NCBI GenBank assembly: GCA_043744775.1
Contig: JAYTUC010000027.1
Coordinates: 11,940 to 75,939 of the forward strand
Length of the DNA: 64,000 bases
Origin: Fimbriiglobus sp.
Lineage (GTDB): Bacteria > Planctomycetota > Planctomycetia > Gemmatales > Gemmataceae
Direction: 5' to 3'
The notes under the pieces were generated by a model. That model did no database searches, had not been told where the DNA came from, and saw nothing but the letters and a program-made list of their open reading frames with translations. The position numbers and the translations under genes are program-made. This document shows, one piece after another, positions 55,032-63,385 of this stretch (the stretch's first letter is position 1; every line of letters begins with the position of its first letter).

Positions 55032-56449
55032 CGGAACCTCGCGTTCGAGAACAGCCAGACGACGGCTTGGTGGCACGGCCCGGCCTCGCAGTCGGCGACG
55101 AGGACCCGGACGTGGCGGCCGATCAGGGCCGCGGGGTCACCGACGCCGGGGTCGAGGTCGATCACGACGCGGAGCTTCCGGGGGTCGTGGTCGGAGGCCC
55201 CGAGGGCGAACGTCGGCTCGTTGTCGCCGGCCCGGCCACTGCGCACCGCCCGGACGCGGCCGCGGAGCGACGGGCCTCCGGTCACGTTGACCACCGCCGG
55301 GGCACCGGCCGTCACCGAGCCGAGGTAGCCCTGGTGGACGACGGCCTCGACGAACACCGTGCCGCCGTCGGCGATCTCGTACAGGACCTCGTTCTGCTTG
55401 ACCCCCTGGCCGCGGTTGCCCTGGCGCACCCAGACGGTGCCGCCGGCGGGGGCGACCGCCGTCGCCAGGGCCAGCCGCCCGGTGCGGCCCCGCTCGCGGT
55501 CGATCTCGGCCTCGACGCCGCTGAGCAAGTCGGCGGCCTCCTTCAGCGAGGCCTTCAGGGTCGGCACCTTGAGCGCGAGTTCGTCGGCCCGCTGCTGGAA
55601 GTGCGGCGAGTCCTTCTGCAGGAACAGCCCCTGCTTCGCGGCCTCCAACTCGGCCCGCCACTTGGCGACCGTCGCCTGGTCGGTGTCGAGGCGGATGCGG
55701 CAGACCGACTCCGACTCCCGCGCCGCGTCGAGTTCGGTTTCGCTCAGGCCGGCCCCGCCCCGCTTGGCCCGCTCCAGCCGGCGGGCGGCCGTCTCGTGCT
55801 CGACCTTGCCCGAGCGCGCCTTGGACTCGGTCTCCTTCAGGCTCGCCTCCAGGTTGGCGACCACGGCGTCGCGGTAGCGTGCGGCCTCGGCACGGCAGAG
55901 TTCCTCGTTGCGGACCACCTCGCCCAGTTCGCTCTCGAGGCGCTCGCGGCGGGTGACCAGTTCGGACTGGCGGCCGGTCAGGGCGGTCAGCCCCGACGTG
56001 TCGAGGTGGCGGTTGACCAGGCGGGCCATCGGCTGGCCGGGGGCCACCGGGTCGCCGACGTCGAAGCTCAGGTCCGAGGCGGTGCCGTCGATCGGGGCGC
56101 GGACCTGGACCGTCCGGGCGTTGACGACCGCCTCGCTCGTAACGGGGAACACCAGCGGCAAGACCAGCCACCACAGGGCCGCGACGACGAGCGCCACGCC
56201 GACCGTGCGGCGGGCCGCCGCGGTGGCCCACTGGCGGAGGGTTCGCCGCGGGGCGGGGCGGGCCGGGGTCGGGGCAGCCGGCAGTGCCAGCGCCGGTGCC
56301 GGTGCCGGTATCGTCTGGGCCGTCAGGGGGACCATTTGCTCGGTCGGCGACAACGTCGAAGTCGCCGGCGCGGGCTGTTGCTGGGCCGGCAGCGTGGCGT
56401 GGGTGCGGGGGTGCCCGACGGGGGCAAGCTGGACGCTCGAATCTGTCAT
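55028..56449 (-). CDS. HlyD-family membrane-fusion / periplasmic adaptor protein
   Basis: Start ATG 56449. TM 'VGVALVVAALWWLVLPLVF'. 'SEAVVNARTVQVRAPIDGT' lipoyl-like segment. Long coiled coil. 'APAGGTVWVRQGNRGQGVKQNEVLYEI'. Confidence 0.8.
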   Translation of the reverse strand: MTDSSVQLAPVGHPRTHATLPAQQQPAPATSTLSPTEQMVPLTAQTIPAPAPALALPAAPTPARPAPRRTLRQWATAAARRTVGVALVVAALWWLVLPLVFPVTSEAVVNARTVQVRAPIDGTASDLSFDVGDPVAPGQPMARLVNRHLDTSGLTALTGRQSELVTRRERLESELGEVVRNEELCRAEAARYRDAVVANLEASLKETESKARSGKVEHETAARRLERAKRGGAGLSETELDAARESESVCRIRLDTDQATVAKWRAELEAAKQGLFLQKDSPHFQQRADELALKVPTLKASLKEAADLLSGVEAEIDRERGRTGRLALATAVAPAGGTVWVRQGNRGQGVKQNEVLYEIADGGTVFVEAVVHQGYLGSVTAGAPAVVNVTGGPSLRGRVRAVRSGRAGDNEPTFALGASDHDPRKLRVVIDLDPGVGDPAALIGRHVRVLVADCEAGPCHQAVVWLFSNARFR

Positions 56450-56553
56450 GATGTTCTCTCGACGGTGAACAGAGCCAAAACCCGTCGGGGATTCCAGGTC
56501 GTGGGCGGAAACTTGAAGACGACTTCGCGGCACTTCAGGATTCGCGTTTCCGC

Positions 56554-56582
56554 GAAAACCGGCCCATGAATACGGGCCGGCC
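56554..56582 (-). terminator. Intrinsic-terminator-like hairpin on the minus strand (CCGGCCC-N8-GGGCCGG followed by TTTTC)
   Basis: Minus-strand read: GGCCGGCCCGTATTCATGGGCCGGTTTTCGCGG. About 105 nt upstream of the HlyD start and about 370 nt downstream of the stop of the 56953-58722 gene. Confidence 0.4.
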
Positions 56583-56952
56583 TGCAGGACGAAAAGTCGG
56601 GGGGTTATTGGCAACTTGAATGCCGATTGCGACGATCGGGCGAAGTCTCTGACCGGGGGAGTGCCTCAAAACGTGCCGAAACGGCCCCTAAACCGACAGT
56701 TTCGCTACGCTTGCAGCGGATGCGTAGATGTCGTGAAAAGTCGGGTGGGCCGCGAACGTCGTACGCTACCGTACAGTAGTAACGCTGCGCAAGAAGTGCA
56801 CAACGCATGCTGAACTCGATCGCAACTGCTTAAGAAGTCGGCAGAAAGTTGAACTGGCACGGGCATTACAGATAATTGAAGATAATATGTGGAGGATGCT
56901 AGGTTGTAAACCACAATGAACAGGACACGTTCCTACACAAATTGAACGGCTA

Positions 56953-58722
56953 TTACTCGGCAAATACTTGGGCGGGGAGTCGGAGGCCGCCGGCGGCGTC
57001 GAACAGGCCTGGAACGAGCAACTCGACGACGCGGCCGGTCGTAACGCGGCAGCCGGGCAATAGGGTGACCCAGCCGTCGGGGTGGTCGAAGACGTTGGCC
57101 GGCTCGAAGGGGCGCACGCCGAAGGGCCCGTCGAGCAGTTGGGCGAGCGCGTGCGCGAAGCCCTCGGCCCCGTCGGGGTCGGCGGGGTGCCAGGTCGGCC
57201 GAACGCGGCCCCAGAAGAGTTGGAACAGCTCGACCGCGGCGAGTTCGAGGTAGCCGTGCAGCGCGGCCGGCCGCAACCCGGCGAGCGCGGCCTTCAACTC
57301 GTCCCGCGAGTCCGCCGGCGACGAGGGCACGAGGGCCTCGAGTTCCGCGCAGCCCGGCGGTTGCGGCCCGGCGCTGACGACGACCTCGGCCGGGCGTAAG
57401 GTCCGCCCGCCGGCGGCGAGGCCGAAGGCGCGGACGCGGACGACGCCCCCGGCCGGCGGGGCGTTGCGGAAGACCGGCACCGCCCGGACGCCGGTGACCG
57501 CCTCGTCGGCCGCGGGGTCGTAGCCGGCCGCCCCGACGAGCGTCGCGCCGCACCAGTGGGCAAGGCGCGTCAGCGTCGGCCCGGCGGCGGCGGCGGCCAC
57601 CGGCGAGTCGGGCGGCGTCGCGGCGTCGAGCAGCGCCGCCAGCCGCGCGGCGTCGGGGGCCGCGCCGGCCAAGTAGCCGTCGAGGTGCGGGCCGATGGCG
57701 GCCTGCCAAGCCGGCTCCGTTGACAGCGCCCACAGGTCGTAAGCGGCGGACGCGGCCGACGGCTCCGGCCCCAGGCTCACGGCGAACCGCGCCGCCGCCG
57801 GGTCGGTGTCGATGCGCTCGGCGGCCACGACAGTGCCCAGGGGCCGCGCGGCGAATTCGCCGCGCAGTCCCGGCTGCGACAGCGGCACCCCGGCCGGCCA
57901 GACCCAGCCGTCGGCCGTCGGCGTCGGGTATAGAGTCGTCGGGGCCTTGGGTCCGGTGCTGACGCGCCAGGTTGGCCGGGCCGGCGGCGCGGCGAGACGC
58001 GCGACGCCGACGACGGTGCCGGCCGGCTCGGGCGACTCGACGCCGGCGGTGGGGTCGGCGGGGTCCGGCGGGTCCAGCGGCCGCAGGGTCACGGGGTCGA
58101 GGCGTGGCCGCAGCCCCGGCGCGGCCCGGCCCAGCTCGCGGTAGAAGAACGCCAACTCCGGCGACGGACCCTCGGCCGCGAGCCTCGCCTCGAAGTCGCC
58201 GCCGGGCACGACGCGAACCGCCAGGGCGTCGCGGGTGCCCGCCGGCAGGCCGGGGACGCCGGCGAAGAAGTGGTCGCGCAAGCCGGGCCAGTCGTCGGGG
58301 CACGGGTCGGGGGCCGGGGGCCACGGCGCGACCGACTCGCCGAGGCGGCCCAGGCGCACCGCGGGGTCGGCGTCGGCGAGCGCGGCCAGCGCGGCGTCGA
58401 GGGCGGCCGCGAGCGTGGCGAGGTGGTCGAGCCGCGCCGTCAGTGCCGGGTCGGGCGTGGACCAGACGGCGACGGGGCCACCGAGGAGGCGGTTGAGCGC
58501 GCCGCCGCGTGCCGCGCGGGCCTTGCGGGCGAGCAGCCGGTGCGGCCGGAAGTCCGCCCACGCGGCCACGACGGCGGCGGCGTGCCAGGCGTCCGGCGGC
58601 GGCGGCGTCACCCCGCGGCGCAGCGCCTCGGCCTCGGCGGCGCAGCCGGGCAGCCGCCCCAGCGCGGCGGCGTACTCGGCCCAGGCGGCGGCGAGTCCGG
58701 CCGGCCACGGCCGCGCGGGCAC
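56953..58722 (-). CDS. Orphan Ala/Pro/Leu-rich protein (589 aa), last gene of the dynamin/Hsp70-like operon
   Basis: GTG 58722 lies 2 nt after the Hsp70-like stop. The frame is continuous to TAA at 56953. The 5' 2.1 kb of the 1303-aa ORF (to 60864) is an Arg-rich shadow over the Hsp70-like gene. No known motif recognised. Confidence 0.55.
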   Translation of the reverse strand: MPARPWPAGLAAAWAEYAAALGRLPGCAAEAEALRRGVTPPPPDAWHAAAVVAAWADFRPHRLLARKARAARGGALNRLLGGPVAVWSTPDPALTARLDHLATLAAALDAALAALADADPAVRLGRLGESVAPWPPAPDPCPDDWPGLRDHFFAGVPGLPAGTRDALAVRVVPGGDFEARLAAEGPSPELAFFYRELGRAAPGLRPRLDPVTLRPLDPPDPADPTAGVESPEPAGTVVGVARLAAPPARPTWRVSTGPKAPTTLYPTPTADGWVWPAGVPLSQPGLRGEFAARPLGTVVAAERIDTDPAAARFAVSLGPEPSAASAAYDLWALSTEPAWQAAIGPHLDGYLAGAAPDAARLAALLDAATPPDSPVAAAAAGPTLTRLAHWCGATLVGAAGYDPAADEAVTGVRAVPVFRNAPPAGGVVRVRAFGLAAGGRTLRPAEVVVSAGPQPPGCAELEALVPSSPADSRDELKAALAGLRPAALHGYLELAAVELFQLFWGRVRPTWHPADPDGAEGFAHALAQLLDGPFGVRPFEPANVFDHPDGWVTLLPGCRVTTGRVVELLVPGLFDAAGGLRLPAQVFAE

Positions 58723-58724
58723 GG

Positions 58725-61364
58725 CTACAGGTCCCCCCGGTTTTGCAGCGAGACGTGCTCGAGCGGGTCGGTCAGGTCCTCGTAGTCGGACTCCTCGCCG
58801 TTGGAGGTCACCACGAAGCGGCTCTGCTCGTCGTCGTAGTCGATCTGCGCCGCCGCGGTGAGGCCCTCGCGGAAGGTGTACGATGCGAAGCGCGAGTAGC
58901 GCGGGTCGCCGGGGAACTTGCGCTCCAGCACCAACGTCTCGGCCTGGCCCGAGGCGGTCAGCCGCATGGCGAGCGACTGCGCTTTGGCGAGCTCCTCGTA
59001 GCGGGTGAACTCCGGGAAGATCATCTTGTGGCTGTTGTTGTGCATCTCGTGGACGCCGACCTCGTAGGGCAGACGCTCGCTGAGGTCGGCCGGGTATTGG
59101 ACGGCGGCCGTGCGGACCACGCGCCCCATGAGCCGCGCCATGACGGCCCCCTTGGCGACGGCGTGCTTGAGGTTGTCCGAGTCGAAGGTGAAGCGGTCGC
59201 CGCCCTCCTCGGTCAGCCCGGCGACCCGCAGCGTCTCGCGCAAGAGTTGTCGCACGAGCGGGTAGCGGGCCGCGTTGCCCGACAGCACGACCCACTCGAC
59301 CTCGGCGGCGACCCCGCCGGCGTCGGGCCGCAGCTTCTCGGCCATCAAGTTGTTGCACTTCGTCACGACGGCCTCGACGTCCGCGCGGACCAAGGCGTCC
59401 ACCTCCCACGGGGCGACGGACACCTCGCCGAGTTGCTGGAGGACCTGCGCGGCCACGGCGGTCGGCTTGCCCTCGAGCGCGAGCCGCACGAGGGCCGAGG
59501 TGCCCTGGAGCAGGTGCGCCGCCGTAAGCTGGGAGAACTTGACCGGCTTGCCGTCGGAGAGCTTGCGCTTCAACTCCTCGGCGAGTTGCCAGAGCGCGCG
59601 GAAGGCGGCCTGGCGGGCGAGCGAGTCGGCGGAGAGGGCCTTGGGGTCGAAGCGCGTCGGGGCGTACTCCGCGGCCCCGCCGGCCGGCGGGCGCAGGGCC
59701 TCGGCCCTGGCCAAGAACGCCTCGACGAGCTTGTTGGCCGCGGCGGGTTCGGCCGGGCCGGCGGACGGCAAGGGGTTCAGTCCGCCGGCGGTCGCGGGCT
59801 GCAACACGCGGGCGAGCAGCGCGGTGAACTTGGCCTTCACGAGCCGGCAGGCGGCGCGGGTGATGTTGTCGCCGCCGAAGGTGCGGACGCCGGTGCGGGC
59901 GAGGACGTCGAGCTTGAGGACGCGGGGGTCCGGGGCGGTGGCGTGGACGAGGACCACGTCGGTGGTGCCGCCGCCGCAATCGACGACCAGCACGTGCAGG
60001 CCGCGCGGGTGCAGGTAGCGGAAGCGGACGAGCGCGCCGGGCCGCTCGAAGACGCGGCGGTGGACATGGAAGAAGGCGGCCGCCGTCGCCTCGTCCATCG
60101 TGAGCTTCACCAGCGGGCACGCGGCGGACTTGCGGCCGGGGTCGGCCAGCCAGCCGCGGCACCGGCCGACGAGGGCGTCGAGCGGGCCGTCGCCGGTCGG
60201 CGTCGCCTCGGCGGCGACCGACTGCGGCTGCTGCATGGTGCGCAGCCAGCCGCGCACGGCCGCCGTGACCAGTTGTCGCAGCTCGCCGCGCGTGTAGGTC
60301 GTCGGGTAGGTCAGCGCCACGTCGGCCGGCCACGCCTTGACCTCGGCGCGGAAGCAACTGAAGGCGTGCGCGAAGATCAACTCGCCGGGGAAGTGGTTCA
60401 TCACCTCCATCTGCTCGGTCTGCGCCGGCCCGCCGTCGGCCGGCAGGTGCGGCACGTTCAGTGCGAAGAACGGCGGCGACTTCGCGGGCTTCGGGGACGC
60501 GGCGGGCGACGGCTCGGGGACCGACAGGAGTTGCTTGACGCCCAGGACGACGCTCTCGCTCAGGCCGTCCGCCCCCGCCAGGGCGACCCGCCCGACGACG
60601 AAGCGGACCGAGTCCGGCAGGTCGTCCGAGGGGCGACTCGGCAGGCGGCGCGTGCCGGCGGCGGCCCCGCCCGGCGTGCGCACCTCGACCAGCCGCACCG
60701 CGGAGGCGAGCAGCCTCGGGTCGGCGGCCCCGCGGTCGAGGCCGATCAGCGCGACCGCCGACGACTCGTAGACCCGCGCGGCGTCGGCCAGCGCCGCGAC
60801 CGAGGTCACCGCGTTGCCCAGGTCGATCGCCATCGCCCCGACGAACATCGGCAGCGGCGTACACGGCCGGCAGGTCAGGTCGAGTCGCGACGCCTGATCG
60901 ACGTACTGCTGGAACTGCTTGCCGTCGAAGTAGCGTAGCTCGACCGGCAGGACCAGTTGGCCGGTGGTGGGGTCGCGGTGCGCCTCGACGGCGGCGCGGA
61001 AGCCGGCGGCGTCCGTGTCGAGCGTCACGACGAGTTCGACGACGCTGCTCGGGGTCAGGCTGGCCGCGAGGTAGGCGCGCTGCTCCAGGAACCCCGCGGG
61101 GGCGAGTTGGGGGCGCGGCACAACGTGGCGGAGGCAGACGGCGTCCAATCCGGCGAGGTCGTCGGCGAAGTGGGCCGCCGGGGTGGCCAGGACGCGGCCG
61201 CTGACGCGCAGCCAGTCCTGGGCACGCGGCCAGTGGACGAGCAGGCCGAACTCGGCGAGCGTGTGGAGGGGGCGGGCCGGGCGGAGTTGCCCGGCGACGG
61301 GGAACGCCTTCTCGACGCGGCCGGCCCGCAGGTAGACTTCGTCCAGCGTGAGCGTGAGGGGCAT
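58725..61364 (-). CDS. Divergent Hsp70/actin-fold ATPase (879 aa) with about 175-aa N-terminal extension
   Basis: Phosphate-1 'AIDLGNAVTS'. Phosphate-2 'VLVVDCGGGTTDVVLV'. Adenosine motif 'VVLSGNAARYPLVRQLL'. SD GAAGGA upstream of ATG 61364. Confidence 0.75.
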   Translation of the reverse strand: MPLTLTLDEVYLRAGRVEKAFPVAGQLRPARPLHTLAEFGLLVHWPRAQDWLRVSGRVLATPAAHFADDLAGLDAVCLRHVVPRPQLAPAGFLEQRAYLAASLTPSSVVELVVTLDTDAAGFRAAVEAHRDPTTGQLVLPVELRYFDGKQFQQYVDQASRLDLTCRPCTPLPMFVGAMAIDLGNAVTSVAALADAARVYESSAVALIGLDRGAADPRLLASAVRLVEVRTPGGAAAGTRRLPSRPSDDLPDSVRFVVGRVALAGADGLSESVVLGVKQLLSVPEPSPAASPKPAKSPPFFALNVPHLPADGGPAQTEQMEVMNHFPGELIFAHAFSCFRAEVKAWPADVALTYPTTYTRGELRQLVTAAVRGWLRTMQQPQSVAAEATPTGDGPLDALVGRCRGWLADPGRKSAACPLVKLTMDEATAAAFFHVHRRVFERPGALVRFRYLHPRGLHVLVVDCGGGTTDVVLVHATAPDPRVLKLDVLARTGVRTFGGDNITRAACRLVKAKFTALLARVLQPATAGGLNPLPSAGPAEPAAANKLVEAFLARAEALRPPAGGAAEYAPTRFDPKALSADSLARQAAFRALWQLAEELKRKLSDGKPVKFSQLTAAHLLQGTSALVRLALEGKPTAVAAQVLQQLGEVSVAPWEVDALVRADVEAVVTKCNNLMAEKLRPDAGGVAAEVEWVVLSGNAARYPLVRQLLRETLRVAGLTEEGGDRFTFDSDNLKHAVAKGAVMARLMGRVVRTAAVQYPADLSERLPYEVGVHEMHNNSHKMIFPEFTRYEELAKAQSLAMRLTASGQAETLVLERKFPGDPRYSRFASYTFREGLTAAAQIDYDDEQSRFVVTSNGEESDYEDLTDPLEHVSLQNRGDL

Positions 61365-61398
61365 CGGTCGGGGTCCTTCGCCGGGGGCCGAGGGGCGG

Positions 61399-63348
61399 TC
61401 ACGAGTTCGCGGTCAGTTGGTCGAGGTCGGCGGCCACCTCGCCGAGGCGGGCGCGCAGCCGGCCGCGGAGCGCCAGCATGGTCGCGTGGACGGTGGCGTC
61501 GATCTTGTGGCACAAGAGGTCGAGGTAGACCGCGCCATCGACGCTGCCGTCGGACGCGGCGGTGAGCCACTGCGCGACCTCGTCGCTCTCGAACTTGGGC
61601 AACCCCGCCCAGGCGTCGGCGGCCGGGGCGGCGTCGTCGTCGCGGATCGCCTGCCAGGCGTCGCGGCAGGTGCCGGCGGTGCCGAGCGGGACGCGGGGCA
61701 GGCCGTCGAGCCGCTGACCGACCTGCTCGTACGCCGGCTCCAGGAGTCGCGCCGTCACCTCGGCCTTGAAGGTCCGCGTCAGCAGTCGCGAGTGCCGGCC
61801 GAACTCTCGCGGCAACTCGGCCGGCGGCATCTGGGTCAGGAAGGGGCGGGTCTGCGGGTTGTCGATCAGGAGCCGCAGGCGGCCGCGGAACTCCTCCGCC
61901 GACTGGAGCATCCCGAAGGCCCCCGGCTCGACGGTCAGGGTCCGCGCCAGCAGCGCCACCGCGACGCGGCAGTTCTCGACCTTCTCGTGCAGTTGCGACC
62001 CGCCGGCGAGCCGCGCCTTCTCGGCCGCGACGCGCCTGTCGAGTTCCTTGCGCACCTTCTCCAAGCCGCGCTCGGCGCTGAGGCGGATCTCGTTCGAGAG
62101 CGAGTCGGCCACGTCGTCGGTGATGAGCTTGCGCAGTTGGCCGATGCCGCCGTCCGCGAGCAGGGCCTCCCAGGCGGGCCGGAGTTCGGGCGGGCAAGTC
62201 TCGGGAATGGGCCGGTCGATCGATTGCTTGAGGCGCTCGGCTGCCCACGCGGCCCGCGCCTCGGCGGGCTTGCGGGCCAACTCCTTGGTCATCTCGTTCG
62301 AGACGAAGCAGACTTGCGACAGCGGCACGCCGTTGTCCTTGAGCAGCCCGCGGACCACGGTGAAGAAGTTCTCGCCGCCGGTGCGGAAGTGCGCGTCGGT
62401 CAGGCCGTCCATGCGCGTGAAGACGAGCCACGAGCGGCCGGCCACGTCGCCCTCGAAGACGCGCTTGAAGCGGTTGATCGCGCCGGTCAGGCTCACGTCG
62501 CACATGTTCGTCGAGGCGTTAACGAAGAGGAGCGCCCCGTTCAAGTGTTCCAGGTAATCGAAGGTGACCACGTCGTCCACGCTGCGCTCGCTGCCGAGGC
62601 CGGGCAGGTCGCAGATTTCGAGGTCCTGCGGCAGCGCGGCGAGGTCGAGGTGGAGGCGGGCTTCCTTGATGAGTAGGGACTGGTCCTCCGTCGCGCCTGG
62701 CGAGTGGGTGGTGTACTTGAGGCGGTCGGCGAAGGGCAGCCCGGCGTCCACGCGGCCCTCGGCCGTGAGGTGGGTCGCGCCGTACTTGCGGGCCGCGCCG
62801 AGGAACTTCTTCAGGTACTCGCGGTCCTTGCGGACGCGCGGGTCGTCCCGGACGGCCACGAACACCTCGTCGTCGTCGAGTTGCTTCAGCAGGTCGTCGT
62901 CCGCCCCAGGGTTCAGCAAGCCGACCTCTTTGCAAAGCCGCAGCCGCCTCGCCTCGTAGTTGGCGGTCGTCAGGTAAGCCACGTCGAGGCTCCTGGCCGG
63001 GGCGCGGAGCAGGCGGGCCGGCTGACTGGACGTGGCGGCACCGGCCCCGGACTTGCAGACTTCGGCGTCGCCGAGCAGGTTGTTGACGGTCGTCGATTTC
63101 CCGGCCTGCGACAGGCCGATGAAGCCGACGGTGTAGCGCGGCCGCGCCATCTCGCCGCGCACCTTCGCCAAAGGCTTCAGCACGGCCTCCTCGAACACCG
63201 CGGTGCCGACGATCTGGCCCACCTCGGCGTCGGCGCGGGTCGCGCGCAGTTGCCCGGCGACCGCGTTGTAGGCGCGGACCAGGTCCGCCCCGGACGGGTG
63301 CCGGGTCAGCAGCGGGCAGTCGATCTCGCGCAAGTCGTCGGTGCTCAT
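61399..63348 (-). CDS. Dynamin-like large GTPase
   Basis: G1 'GLSQAGKSTTVNNLLG'. G3 'ICDLPGLGS' (DLPG as in dynamins). G4-like 'VFTRMDGL'. C-terminal half of about 330 aa is helical-looking. ATG 63348 is preceded by GAGGA (GTG 63363 is an alternative). Confidence 0.75.
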   Translation of the reverse strand: MSTDDLREIDCPLLTRHPSGADLVRAYNAVAGQLRATRADAEVGQIVGTAVFEEAVLKPLAKVRGEMARPRYTVGFIGLSQAGKSTTVNNLLGDAEVCKSGAGAATSSQPARLLRAPARSLDVAYLTTANYEARRLRLCKEVGLLNPGADDDLLKQLDDDEVFVAVRDDPRVRKDREYLKKFLGAARKYGATHLTAEGRVDAGLPFADRLKYTTHSPGATEDQSLLIKEARLHLDLAALPQDLEICDLPGLGSERSVDDVVTFDYLEHLNGALLFVNASTNMCDVSLTGAINRFKRVFEGDVAGRSWLVFTRMDGLTDAHFRTGGENFFTVVRGLLKDNGVPLSQVCFVSNEMTKELARKPAEARAAWAAERLKQSIDRPIPETCPPELRPAWEALLADGGIGQLRKLITDDVADSLSNEIRLSAERGLEKVRKELDRRVAAEKARLAGGSQLHEKVENCRVAVALLARTLTVEPGAFGMLQSAEEFRGRLRLLIDNPQTRPFLTQMPPAELPREFGRHSRLLTRTFKAEVTARLLEPAYEQVGQRLDGLPRVPLGTAGTCRDAWQAIRDDDAAPAADAWAGLPKFESDEVAQWLTAASDGSVDGAVYLDLLCHKIDATVHATMLALRGRLRARLGEVAADLDQLTANS

Positions 63349-63385
63349 CGTCGCCGTCCTCACACCAGTCGGGGGTCGCCGAGGG

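Noticed and set aside
56849-56877. Plus-strand promoter-like strings in the AT-rich spacer: TTGAAC-N16-GATAAT, and a sigma-54-like TGGCACGGGCATTACA
   Set aside because: No plus-strand gene lies downstream, so it would only drive antisense into the orphan gene. The sigma-54 -12 element reads TTAC rather than the conserved TTGC. In AT-rich DNA such matches arise easily.
56605-56963. Short ORFs (65-69 aa) in the AT-richer spacer as candidate small proteins
   Set aside because: They overlap one another in several frames, lack SD sequences and have Cys/Arg/Ser-rich unstructured translations. The region is better explained as non-coding regulatory or junction DNA.
58723-60864. 5' two-thirds of the 1303-aa minus-strand ORF 56953..60864
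   Set aside because: The translation is Arg/Gly/Pro-rich nonsense ('RRGDGDRPGQRGDLGRGAGRRRAG...'). It lies out of frame over the Hsp70-like gene, which has clear ATPase motifs. Only the part downstream of GTG 58722 is kept as a CDS.
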